Positions 1 to 7,983 of a stretch of DNA of 64,000 bases are shown one piece after another. Numbering within the stretch: position 1 is the stretch's first letter; every line of letters begins with the position of its first letter. The position numbers and the translations under genes are program-made. The stretch is from Alkalispirochaeta sp. (lineage in GTDB: Bacteria > Spirochaetota > Spirochaetia > DSM-27196 > Alkalispirochaetaceae): the NCBI GenBank assembly GCA_965242725.1, contig CBDESZ010000016.1:160001-224000 (forward strand). Reading direction: 5' to 3'. The notes under the pieces were generated by a model. The model did no database searches and was not told where the DNA came from. It saw nothing but the letters and a program-made list of their open reading frames with translations.

Positions 1-133
1 CACCTATTAGCGACGCGGAATACCCCTTGCCCTTTAAAAAAAGCTGAAGAAAGGGCGTCATGATGCCCAGAGAGGCGTTATAAAAGAAAAAGCTCAGCGC
101 AAAGGAAAGTATCGGTAGGCGTCCCATAACCAT
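1..133 (-). CDS. MFS transporter, N-terminal fragment (runs off window start)
   Basis: Manual translation from ATG at 133 after AGGAG: MVMGRLPILSFALSFFFYNASLGIMTPFLQLFLKGKGYSASLIG, typical MFS TM1 and loop. Confidence 0.65.
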   Translation of the reverse strand, partial: MVMGRLPILSFALSFFFYNASLGIMTPFLQLFLKGKGYSASLIG

Positions 134-198
134 GGCTCCTCCAACAGGATTTCGTACCGTATACGGGTCCGCCGTCCCGTAGCAAGAACCCGGAGAAT

Positions 199-222
199 CG
201 TCACGTCACGTCACGTCACGTC
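199..222. repeat. 5-bp tandem repeat (TCACG) x ~4.8
   Basis: cgtcacgtcacgtcacgtcacgtc in the intergenic region between divergent genes. Confidence 0.9.
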
Positions 223-323
223 CGGGAGGCCTCAAAAAAACGAATCCACGGCAACACCACTCAAAAACGCAGTAGAATGGACTCATATTGCATGCGGGGT
301 ATCCGGAATCCAGGGAGAACAAA

Positions 324-728
324 ATGGAAAAAACCATACCAGGGGTAGCGGCAATTGCGGGGAAGTGGATGGTATTGATCGGCATCACGTTACTTGCGAT
401 ATCGTGTGTCGGCAGTCGCGAGGCGCTGAAGGAAGTCCGGGAAATGCCGATCGCCCACATTGAAATTTCGACAATTCCCGACGGGAGCTATGAAGGCTCC
501 TTCAGCTATTCCAACACCATGCAGCGCGTACGGGTACGCGTCACCGACGGGCGGATCACCGCCATCGATGTCCTGGAGGGCAGCGAGAGCAGGCACGGAC
601 TGCAGGGTCGCACCGTGCTTGAAAGGGTCATCGCGGAACAGCGCGTCGACGTTGAGGCGGTCAGCGGCGCCACAACAACAAGCAAAGCGTACCTGAAAGC
701 GGTTGAGAAGGCACTTGCCGACAACTGA
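324..728 (+). CDS. FMN-binding domain lipoprotein
   Basis: Lipobox-like LAISC; DGSYEG, VRVTDGRITAIDV and VEAVSGATTTS (FMN-transfer Thr motif). Confidence 0.8.
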   Translation: MEKTIPGVAAIAGKWMVLIGITLLAISCVGSREALKEVREMPIAHIEISTIPDGSYEGSFSYSNTMQRVRVRVTDGRITAIDVLEGSESRHGLQGRTVLERVIAEQRVDVEAVSGATTTSKAYLKAVEKALADN

Positions 729-731
729 GAA

Positions 732-1271
732 TCAGCTACGCCTCACGGGAGTCGGGCCACCTTTGTTGCGACCGATACCCGGCACCCGCGGTATCCACAT
801 CGGAACACTCCGCCTATACGCCTCGTAGTCCGTCCCGAATCTCCTCACCAGGTTCGGTTCTTCCCAAACCTTGAAATAGATTGAATTGGCGACCGAGAAC
901 AGGACGGTCCAGCCAAACAACGACACGCGATTGGCCCACAGAGCTTCAGCCAGAATCATCAAAAGCACGCTTGAGATCATTGGATTTCGTGTCCTGCGAT
1001 AGACCCCCTGTGTAACGAGGTGGTGCGTCGGATCCCATGGCGCCAACGTACCTTTACCGACCGAGATGAATGTACGGAGCGTGACAACAAAGAATACAAA
1101 CCCACAACCAAACAACAGAATCGCGGTACCACGACCAACGAGTGGGTGACTGAGGAGCACATCGACCGCCGTTTGCGGAAAGAAGCGGACCAGAAGGCTC
1201 GGAACAACCACCACACTGGCCACCGGAAGTGAGAGCGCCTTGATATGACGGAACAACTCGGTATTCAGCAC
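732..1271 (-). CDS. isoprenylcysteine carboxylmethyltransferase / PEMT family membrane protein
   Basis: GKGTLAPWDP, LVTQGVYRRTRNPM, EEPNLVRRFG..YEAYRRSVPMWIP. Confidence 0.85.
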   Translation of the reverse strand: MLNTELFRHIKALSLPVASVVVVPSLLVRFFPQTAVDVLLSHPLVGRGTAILLFGCGFVFFVVTLRTFISVGKGTLAPWDPTHHLVTQGVYRRTRNPMISSVLLMILAEALWANRVSLFGWTVLFSVANSIYFKVWEEPNLVRRFGTDYEAYRRSVPMWIPRVPGIGRNKGGPTPVRRS

Positions 1272-1342
1272 GACCGGCTCCCTCCCGGAAGATGGCGGCT
1301 ATCTGCGCGGATTGAACGTGGCTACCGCTTCCGGCAAAAATT

Positions 1343-2377
1343 TCATACATCGGTGCCTATCAGGTTGAGCTCCGCCACCGCCATTTCCAACAGGCCCTTA
1401 ATCTCAGGCCAGGTGGTGTCAAATTTGCGATCTGTATCAATGCGGTGTACCACCACAAGTTTTTGTTCCGGGAGCACGGCCAATAGGTGAACTCCCAGGC
1501 CGGTATGGTAGAAACCAAAACCTAACCCCGCCTCCTGCGGAATAATGCGCCACAAATAGCCGTAGGGATCACCGAAGGGATTTTCGACCGGATACACCGT
1601 GGTGCTCTCATCGATCCACGACTTCGGCACAATAACATTGCCTTCCCAGGTTCCTCCGTTGGCATAAAGCCTTCCGAAACGCGCCATGTCTCGGGAGGAC
1701 ATACGAAAGAAATACGACGGATGCGCTGATTTTTTTTCTTCCGTCACATATGTGCCGTCGCTCGGCGTAAAGTCCTCCATCCCGATAGGCTCTGCAATCT
1801 GCTCAAAGAAAGCCTCGAAGATATCTTCGCCGGTGACATTTCTGAAAATAGTACCGAGCGCATTGAAGTCCCAATTATTGTAGTAAAAGAAGGTACCCGG
1901 TGTATGACTTCCTCGCGGCGGTCGCGCATCAACCATCGAGGGGGCTTCTCCGCCCGCTTCATGATAAACGCCCGATCTTGATAGCAACAGATCCCGGACA
2001 CGTGCCTGTTTTTCTTCGTCGGTCAGACGCGGTGGAATATCGTCGATCCCGAGCTCGGCAAGCGATTGGTCCAGGTCAATCATTCCCCGGTCGCGGTAAA
2101 TCCCGTACAAAGCGCCCAAAAAGGGCTTGCGGATGGAGTGGCACTGATACTCGCGAGCGACATCCCCGAACTGGAATACCACCTGTCCGTCTCTCTCGAT
2201 CAACAGGACGGCAGTTCCTATCTCTTCCGCCCGCGAATATATGCGACGTATCGCCGCGTTATCGTGATCGTTCTCCGGCACGGTCGATCGTCGGGTTGCG
2301 TTTTGCTGACACGACTGCATCAACGTCGCAAGCACCAAAATTGCGACAACTTTCCTGTAAACCTGCCTAATTTGCAC
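1343..2377 (-). CDS. serine hydrolase, beta-lactamase (class C-like) family lipoprotein
   Basis: SxxK (SIRK), YxN (YNN), HTG; GTG at 2377 follows GGAGG; signal ends LMQSC. Confidence 0.85.
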   Translation of the reverse strand: MQIRQVYRKVVAILVLATLMQSCQQNATRRSTVPENDHDNAAIRRIYSRAEEIGTAVLLIERDGQVVFQFGDVAREYQCHSIRKPFLGALYGIYRDRGMIDLDQSLAELGIDDIPPRLTDEEKQARVRDLLLSRSGVYHEAGGEAPSMVDARPPRGSHTPGTFFYYNNWDFNALGTIFRNVTGEDIFEAFFEQIAEPIGMEDFTPSDGTYVTEEKKSAHPSYFFRMSSRDMARFGRLYANGGTWEGNVIVPKSWIDESTTVYPVENPFGDPYGYLWRIIPQEAGLGFGFYHTGLGVHLLAVLPEQKLVVVHRIDTDRKFDTTWPEIKGLLEMAVAELNLIGTDV

Positions 2378-2591
2378 GCCGGAGTAACCTCCTGCTCTCT
2401 TCCAGACGAGAAACCGGGACAAACAACCTTACTCCCTGCACCACGGTCTGGCCGATAGCAAGGCCGCCACAGTCGTCGGACCATAGTCTGCAGGGAATCC
2501 CAAAGCCATGAAGGATGTTGCGGGCCAGCTCCGCTTCGGGATGATTCCGAAACTCACCCACAACGACCCACGTATTTGAGTCGGTCTCCAT
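2367..2591 (-). CDS. DUF2007-like small protein
   Basis: EAELARNILHGFGIPC...GVRLFVP...EESRRLL pattern. Confidence 0.7.
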   Translation of the reverse strand: METDSNTWVVVGEFRNHPEAELARNILHGFGIPCRLWSDDCGGLAIGQTVVQGVRLFVPVSRLEESRRLLRRAN

Positions 2592-2965
2592 GAGAAAATC
2601 TCCGAAAAGTACGCCGCTTTTACACGGCTGATACAAGTTTCGTTCGCGAGATTAAAAAGATCAATTTGTGGAACATAAGGTAGATTTGAGGTAGATTTCA
2701 GCGTCGAATCGCCCGTCTCTTATGTGCAAGAATTGAACCCCCGGAGGGGAAATCGGGATTGCACGAAACAACCTGCTGTCCGCTTTCACAGAAATCGCAG
2801 TGCGGTATCCGCCGTAACCAGACGTCTTTTTTTTGAAGGTCTCGGAGGTTCTCATTTGCGGAATCCCCGTATCTCTTGTCGTGAGGTATCTAAGTGCTAT
2901 CGCTGGAGAAGTAAAAAGTCGTTTCGATGACAGGCACTTCGTGATCGAAGTTGTATATTTTTGGT

Positions 2966-3193
2966 GTGAAAGTTAAGACCTCCGTCATGCTTTCCGAAGA
3001 ACTCCTGGCTGCTATCGATCAAGAAACGCACGGAAAAAACCGCTCGGTACTTATCGAAGAAGCCTCCTGGAGTTATCTCCGATCGCGTAGACGTCAAGAA
3101 CGTCAAGAACGAGAACTCGACAGAATCAACAGCGACGCAGTAAAGCTGAACAAAGAAGCTCTCGATACAATTGAGTTTCAAGAGGTCGAATGA
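2966..3193 (+). CDS. type II antitoxin, ribbon-helix-helix/CopG-like
   Basis: VKTSVMLSEELLAAID...NRSVLIEEA RHH pattern; overlaps toxin start (ATGA). Confidence 0.75.
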   Translation: MKVKTSVMLSEELLAAIDQETHGKNRSVLIEEASWSYLRSRRRQERQERELDRINSDAVKLNKEALDTIEFQEVE

Positions 3194-3519
3194 AACGCGG
3201 TGACATCTACCTCGTGAAAAAGCCGTCGAATGATGAGCCGGAGCGACGCCGGGCGTTTGTCGTCGTCAGTCGCCAGGTTCTTATCGATTCGAAGTACGCT
3301 ACCGTTATGTGCGCTCCGATTTATTCTGCAATCTCCGGATTGGACACCCAAGTCATCATTGGAACACCGGAAGGTATGAACCACGAGAGCGCAATTCATT
3401 GCGACAATCTGGTCAGTCTTCCCAAGTCCATCCTTACAGATCTCGTCGGATCCCTTGGCTCGGAAAAAACGTGCCAGCTTGACCAAGCGCTTTCTATTGC
3501 GCTTCATCTCGATGAATAG
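3190..3519 (+). CDS. mazF: PemK/MazF family toxin
   Basis: MKRGDIYLV...RRAFVVVSR...VMCAPI...SAIHCDNLVSLPKS. Confidence 0.85.
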   Translation: MKRGDIYLVKKPSNDEPERRRAFVVVSRQVLIDSKYATVMCAPIYSAISGLDTQVIIGTPEGMNHESAIHCDNLVSLPKSILTDLVGSLGSEKTCQLDQALSIALHLDE

Positions 3520-3627
3520 GCCATACGGTCATCTTCTTTGGTCGTGCCGCCGGTATGTATTCCAACCGCAAATATGTCTCGATCGATCGGTTGGGAAGTT
3601 CGTCGGAAAACACTCCGGGCGGATCAA

Positions 3628-3762
3628 TAAACAGATGGTAGAGCTGAGCCGCTGGATACGGCGGTGAGCGTGAGCGAGCCGACTGGCGCGCCCGTTGCCG
3701 GCGCCAGCCGACTAGCAACGAGCGTGACAGAAGCAACAATCGGCTGGAACGACTTGTTAGAT
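3628..3762 (-). mobile_element. attC site with decayed 3' arm
   Basis: Minus strand: ATCTAAC-AAGTC-GTTCCAGC (R'', spacer, L'') just after the ORF stop; internal stem CTGTCACGCTCGTTGC/GCAACGGGCGCGCCAG; distal GCGGCTCAGCTCTACC is not followed by GTT. Confidence 0.7.
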
Positions 3763-3768
3763 GGCGAC

Positions 3769-4461
3769 TCAGACGGTAATTGGGTCAATCAGCGTTTCTT
3801 TAAGCGTCTTCACGAGCTCCAGCTCATATTGGATGTCATCAATCCTCTGTTGCGACGAGATCCCTGCGTGTTGATTGATCTGAATCGTGAAGCTTTTGAA
3901 AGGTATAATGATGCTCGAAAGCGTGGCCCCATCATCGATGAAACGATCGAAGATGGGCTCATGACTGAGATCTGCTCCAAATAAGGCGGATGCAGATACC
4001 CTAGTACTCACTTTTCGAAACCACGCTCCCAGAAAGTCTGGCACCCGCCCCTTGAGAGCATGGAGATCAAGCGTTAGCTCGTGGACTTTAGTTTTGAGTG
4101 TTGAGTTATTCTTGATAGTTCGAAGCACGTCTTTGGATACGAATGACTGTACTGCAATTAATCCAAAACCCTGTTCCGGTTCACGGTAGAACGGAAATTT
4201 GAAGTTTTTAAGGTATTCGTTGAAGTTGACACGAACGGGTTCGCCTTCGAAAAAACCAAAAGCGGTTCCGGAATCCTTGAGGATCATCTCGTGCGAGAAC
4301 TCGAACAATTCGAACCCGTGATAGTCTATGTTGCGCTTAGTGATTTGCGTATCCGGAGGCTTTGTAAACCCCTCCAGAGACTCACCCTTTGCCGTAGAAA
4401 TGGTCTCATTGATATCTAGTTGGGGAAAAGCTTCAACTCGGACGATTCTATAAGAGTTCAC
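3769..4461 (-). CDS. hypothetical protein (gene 2 of cassette)
   Basis: About 230 aa; GTG at 4461 overlaps upstream TAG (TAGTG), preceded by AAGGGA; stop abuts attC. Confidence 0.75.
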   Translation of the reverse strand: MNSYRIVRVEAFPQLDINETISTAKGESLEGFTKPPDTQITKRNIDYHGFELFEFSHEMILKDSGTAFGFFEGEPVRVNFNEYLKNFKFPFYREPEQGFGLIAVQSFVSKDVLRTIKNNSTLKTKVHELTLDLHALKGRVPDFLGAWFRKVSTRVSASALFGADLSHEPIFDRFIDDGATLSSIIIPFKSFTIQINQHAGISSQQRIDDIQYELELVKTLKETLIDPITV

Positions 4462-5228
4462 TATGCGAGTCCCTTTAAGTTGACGACATCCAAGGCATCG
4501 CTGGAGAGAGCCGAGAATAACTTGGCTCGAATGCTCAACGAGTTTTTGCTTACCCAAAGAGACTCATTGGCACTATTGGGTAGGCGGACCTTGCAGTCAA
4601 ACTGTTGAATGCTCTGCTCGGGTAGACGCCGAAGCCAATAAGAATAGAATGGACTCCGCTCCCCGTAGTCAATGCGTAACTCGAACATCCGCTCCGCACC
4701 ACTATCCTGCCTCATGTAGTTGCCAATAGTTTCCAGAAGTTGAGACAGTTGCGACATTCTACGCGAAGCGACCCTCATTGGCACGTCAAACTTTGCGGTC
4801 TTAATGAACAGTTCGAGTTGGTCGCCGTAAGGCTGAAGACGAAGCTCAATGAGAATTCGTTCCTGCCATATGAATGCCAAGTAGTCGTCGGATGATTGCA
4901 CGATCCGCGCCGTGCTATCACTAAGTGCAGTCGAGGCAGATCCAATGTCGAAATCGAGGACACTCCAATATCTCGCAGTAAGCTCCCATGATGTGTAGTC
5001 ATGTCGAAGCCGAAGGATGAGTCTTTGAACAAACAGGAACAATTTGTAGTTTGAGTTATAGAATGCCTGAAACGTCGCAATAAGATAACTGCCGAGTGCT
5101 ACTGCGCTTTCGATGGAATTCCATTCGGATATGATCCGGTCTCTGAAGACAAAATAGAGCGTTGGAACACCCAAAAAGAAGATGAATGCAAGTACCGGAA
5201 CAGCAAACCGTGGCGTCGATCTACTCAT
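4461..5228 (-). CDS. hypothetical membrane protein with N-terminal TM segment(s) (gene 1 of cassette)
   Basis: About 255 aa from ATG 5228; hydrophobic FAVPVLAFIFFLGVPTLYFVF and AVALGSYLIATFQAFY. Confidence 0.75.
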   Translation of the reverse strand: MSRSTPRFAVPVLAFIFFLGVPTLYFVFRDRIISEWNSIESAVALGSYLIATFQAFYNSNYKLFLFVQRLILRLRHDYTSWELTARYWSVLDFDIGSASTALSDSTARIVQSSDDYLAFIWQERILIELRLQPYGDQLELFIKTAKFDVPMRVASRRMSQLSQLLETIGNYMRQDSGAERMFELRIDYGERSPFYSYWLRRLPEQSIQQFDCKVRLPNSANESLWVSKNSLSIRAKLFSALSSDALDVVNLKGLA

Positions 5229-5287
5229 CACATAGAGAATATTAGCACGAGACGTTCTTGCACACAAACACGTGTTTAGTATTCGCC

Positions 5288-5403
5288 ATCTAACGTTGGC
5301 TTGAGCTGCTGGCTCCGGCCCGAGCAAAGCGAGGGATTGGCGCGGTTGTTGCGTACGCGACAACCGTGCCAAAGGAACAGCCAGCTCGAAGCCGTTGTTA
5401 TGT
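5288..5403 (-). mobile_element. attC integron recombination site (116 bp)
   Basis: Minus strand: ACATAAC-AACGG-CTTCGAGC ... GCTCAAG-CCAAC-GTTAGAT; L'' has one extra C relative to L'; R' fits GTTRRRY; internal stem TTGGCACGGTTGTCGC/GCAACAACCGCGCCAA. Confidence 0.9.
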
Positions 5404-5438
5404 TGCACGCAACACAGGACAGCCATCGAATAGGGAAT

Positions 5439-6395
5439 CTACCTATCCGTCAATTCGCTCATGCTCTTTGTGTACGCGCGATTTCGAGAAACATCGAGTG
5501 ATTCCACGTCATGGAAACGCTCTTTTGCGTTGTTCCAGACGATCAACGGCTCATAATCCGGATAGTCACCGGGGCGTGCACTTATAGGGAACTTGCCAAC
5601 GAAAGTGTTGAGAATTCGTACGTAGGCGAATACGGACGTGTCTGTCTTATTCACGAACGCAATGTTGTGGTGTTGGTATTCTTCAAAAGGATCATACGCG
5701 TCGTTACTGCTTCGGACTACAGATATGTATTGGGCGTACTCGTTCGTGTATTGCCGATTTGATGCTGCCACTATCGCAGACCGTGCTTTGGCACAGCTCG
5801 GATCAGCCAAAAAACCCGTACCTAACCACATACTTGCAAGTTCAAAGGCGATTTTATACATCGCGATGGAAAGCTGAGCAAAGTCAATCGAAAACCTTAT
5901 GGTCATTGGCGGAGCTGGTTCATCAATGATCGTCATATCTCTAACTAGTTCATCTTTGCTCAAACACTGTAGTCCTTGTTTTCGTCTTTTCCGGTTTACA
6001 TGGTCCAACACCATGTCGATTTCATTGATATCTGCGGTCATGGTCACAAGTGTCCTGTCCGATTCGATAACCTTTTCTTCAAAAGAAAACGGCGCTACTA
6101 TCCGAGTTGGCTGCCCCCGATCATTAAATTCGTATGTGTACTTCTGTCCGTCCTGCCCCCGCAACGCCTTATTGTAAAACGCCGTTGAAAGCTTACCGTC
6201 CTTGTCCCGAATCTGATTTAGGAGCATTGCCATCCGAATGGGGAAACAATCCGTCAGATGTACGTCGACAGAATGCCCAAGTTTGGCGTTGCAGTCCTTG
6301 CACACGAACCGGACACACAGAGATCCTCCAATAGCTTCAGGAAAGACGTGCTCGTCACTGGGTTCGCAATTGCGCTGACAGAAAACGCAGGTCAT
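5439..6395 (-). CDS. HNH endonuclease domain protein (cassette gene)
   Basis: CVFC...SDEHVFPEAIGG...VCKDCNAKLG: zinc-bound HNH (HNH_5-like) N-terminus. Confidence 0.85.
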   Translation of the reverse strand: MTCVFCQRNCEPSDEHVFPEAIGGSLCVRFVCKDCNAKLGHSVDVHLTDCFPIRMAMLLNQIRDKDGKLSTAFYNKALRGQDGQKYTYEFNDRGQPTRIVAPFSFEEKVIESDRTLVTMTADINEIDMVLDHVNRKRRKQGLQCLSKDELVRDMTIIDEPAPPMTIRFSIDFAQLSIAMYKIAFELASMWLGTGFLADPSCAKARSAIVAASNRQYTNEYAQYISVVRSSNDAYDPFEEYQHHNIAFVNKTDTSVFAYVRILNTFVGKFPISARPGDYPDYEPLIVWNNAKERFHDVESLDVSRNRAYTKSMSELTDR

Positions 6396-6427
6396 CGGCA
6401 GTCATTCTAACAGATTCGATTCGTGCA

Positions 6428-6463
6428 ACATAACATCCTCCACTCCAGACTTTTCTGTATAAC
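6428..6463 (-). mobile_element. attI-like / primary cassette insertion site
   Basis: Minus strand GTTATACAGAAAAGTCTGGAGTGGAGGATG/TTATGTTGCACG; GTTATGTTGCACG (13 nt) is the exact inverse complement of the R'' end of the next attC; no hairpin upstream. Confidence 0.55.
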
Positions 6464-6530
6464 TCCGGTTCCCCGTCCTCCCCCTCACAACGTGGTTGTC
6501 AGACAAACGGGAAATCCTGGAAACTGATGC

Positions 6531-7379
6531 ATGACGAATTTCCTTTCGTTGGCCGAGCTTGAGTCGCGTCAAATCTCCGATATTCTGGCCGTCGCGAACG
6601 CGTTTCGCCGGAATCCCGTCGGGGACGATCTGGCGGGGAAAACGGCAGTGTTGTTCTTTCCGGAATCGAGTATTCGAACTCGAATTGCATTTGAGCAGGC
6701 GGTTTACAACCTTGGTGGAAATTCGATCCTTTTTCCTCCTGATGCCCTCGACAAGAAAGAAGAGATAAGGGACGTCGCGGGTTATATGGACAACTGGATC
6801 GATCTTGCGGTCATCCGACACGCCGATATTGAGAAACTTCGTTCCGTCGCCCGCTACGCCGGATTCCCGGTGGTGAATGCAATGACGTCGAACAACCATC
6901 CCTGCGAGATTCTTTCGGACTATTTCGGCATCAGTTTGATCAGACAGGACACCGACAAGCTTCGTTATACCTTTGTCGGTCCCGCCGGCAATATCCTCGG
7001 GAGCTGGATCAATCTCGCGGCAGTGATGAATCTGAAACTGGTTCATGTTTGCCGCGACGGCGAACGGGTCATGCCGGACTCCGCAAACTACACGTTCACC
7101 ACTGATCTGGAATCGGTGTTACCGGAAAGCGATGTGATTTTGACCGATCCGCTTCCACCGAGTTTTCAGAATGAATCGTATTATCAGTCGTACCGGATTA
7201 CGTCGCGTCATCTTGCCCTCCTCCCGGACGGCGCCATAGTAAATCCATGTCCGCCGTTTTATAGAGGGGAAGAGATCTCGGAAGAAGTGATCGCTTCGCC
7301 CCGGTTTGTGGGATACGGGTTCAAGAAGAACCTGTTGTATGTTCATCAGGCGATAATCCGGTATTGCCTGGTTACGTGA
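6531..7379 (+). CDS. ornithine/aspartate carbamoyltransferase family protein (divergent)
   Basis: FPESSIRTR, VNAM...HPCE, VILTD, NPCPPFYRGEEI. Confidence 0.85.
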   Translation: MTNFLSLAELESRQISDILAVANAFRRNPVGDDLAGKTAVLFFPESSIRTRIAFEQAVYNLGGNSILFPPDALDKKEEIRDVAGYMDNWIDLAVIRHADIEKLRSVARYAGFPVVNAMTSNNHPCEILSDYFGISLIRQDTDKLRYTFVGPAGNILGSWINLAAVMNLKLVHVCRDGERVMPDSANYTFTTDLESVLPESDVILTDPLPPSFQNESYYQSYRITSRHLALLPDGAIVNPCPPFYRGEEISEEVIASPRFVGYGFKKNLLYVHQAIIRYCLVT

Positions 7380-7537
7380 CACGATTCGGAGCACGTACAG
7401 TCGGGGTATGTGACGTCGCGCGCTACGGGACGGATCGCTTGAAACAGGTGATGCGCAGGTTATTCCGGCGGAAATACCTGAACTGTTGTTTCGTTACCAT
7501 ACAACGTCTCGCCCGTGCGTTAATCGGCAAAGTTTAG

Positions 7538-7975
7538 TCAATCAACGATCACATCGTCCGCGCCAAATCCGTCATTCGCAGGATCGATTTCCAGCTTGAG
7601 GATCTTCCAGATATCCTTTCCGTCTTCTTTCATGGTGAAACGGATATCAGTATCTGTGCCATATGTGGTACTGGATATTGTACTCGTTACAATCTCGCCG
7701 GAAATATTCAACGTCGAAAGAGAATGGTTGCTGTCCTGGAAGTCACTGCTCCAGAAATTCGCTGTTTTGCCTTGGTCGTACTTCGCCGCATCCGGATGGA
7801 TATGTTTGTACATGTTGCTGTAGTTGCCGTTGTTGGCGTCGGAAATGAACATGTCTATTCGCTCGGAGATCGACACGCTTTCCACTTCCGGCATCGGACA
7901 GGCGAAAAATAACGAAGAACCAAAAACGACGATCGCGATATAGAGTAATACGTGTACGGTGATGCGCTTTTTCAT
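7538..7975 (-). CDS. hypothetical lipoprotein
   Basis: Signal MKKRITVHVLLYIAIVVFGSSLFFAC; GGAG RBS. Confidence 0.7.
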   Translation of the reverse strand: MKKRITVHVLLYIAIVVFGSSLFFACPMPEVESVSISERIDMFISDANNGNYSNMYKHIHPDAAKYDQGKTANFWSSDFQDSNHSLSTLNISGEIVTSTISSTTYGTDTDIRFTMKEDGKDIWKILKLEIDPANDGFGADDVIVD

Positions 7976-7983
7976 GAATGCTC

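Noticed and set aside
2640..2950. attC or tRNA remnant upstream of the TA pair; AGGTAGATTT direct repeat near 2678-2698
   Set aside because: No RYYYAAC...GTTRRRY hairpin or cloverleaf; two short copies alone are weak evidence.
5229..5426. N-terminal extension of the 321-aa ORF 4461..5426
   Set aside because: It runs through the attC hairpin; ATG 5228 inside the cassette is the plausible start.
6425..6445. dif-like XerD arm (TTATGTT)
   Set aside because: Only 7 nt match, no XerC arm, and the locus is origin-proximal; explained by the cassette core site.
7456..7480. Hairpin CAGGTTATTCC-GGC-GGAAATACCTG as a further attC
   Set aside because: Too short and lacks R/L box geometry; more likely a terminator between convergent genes.
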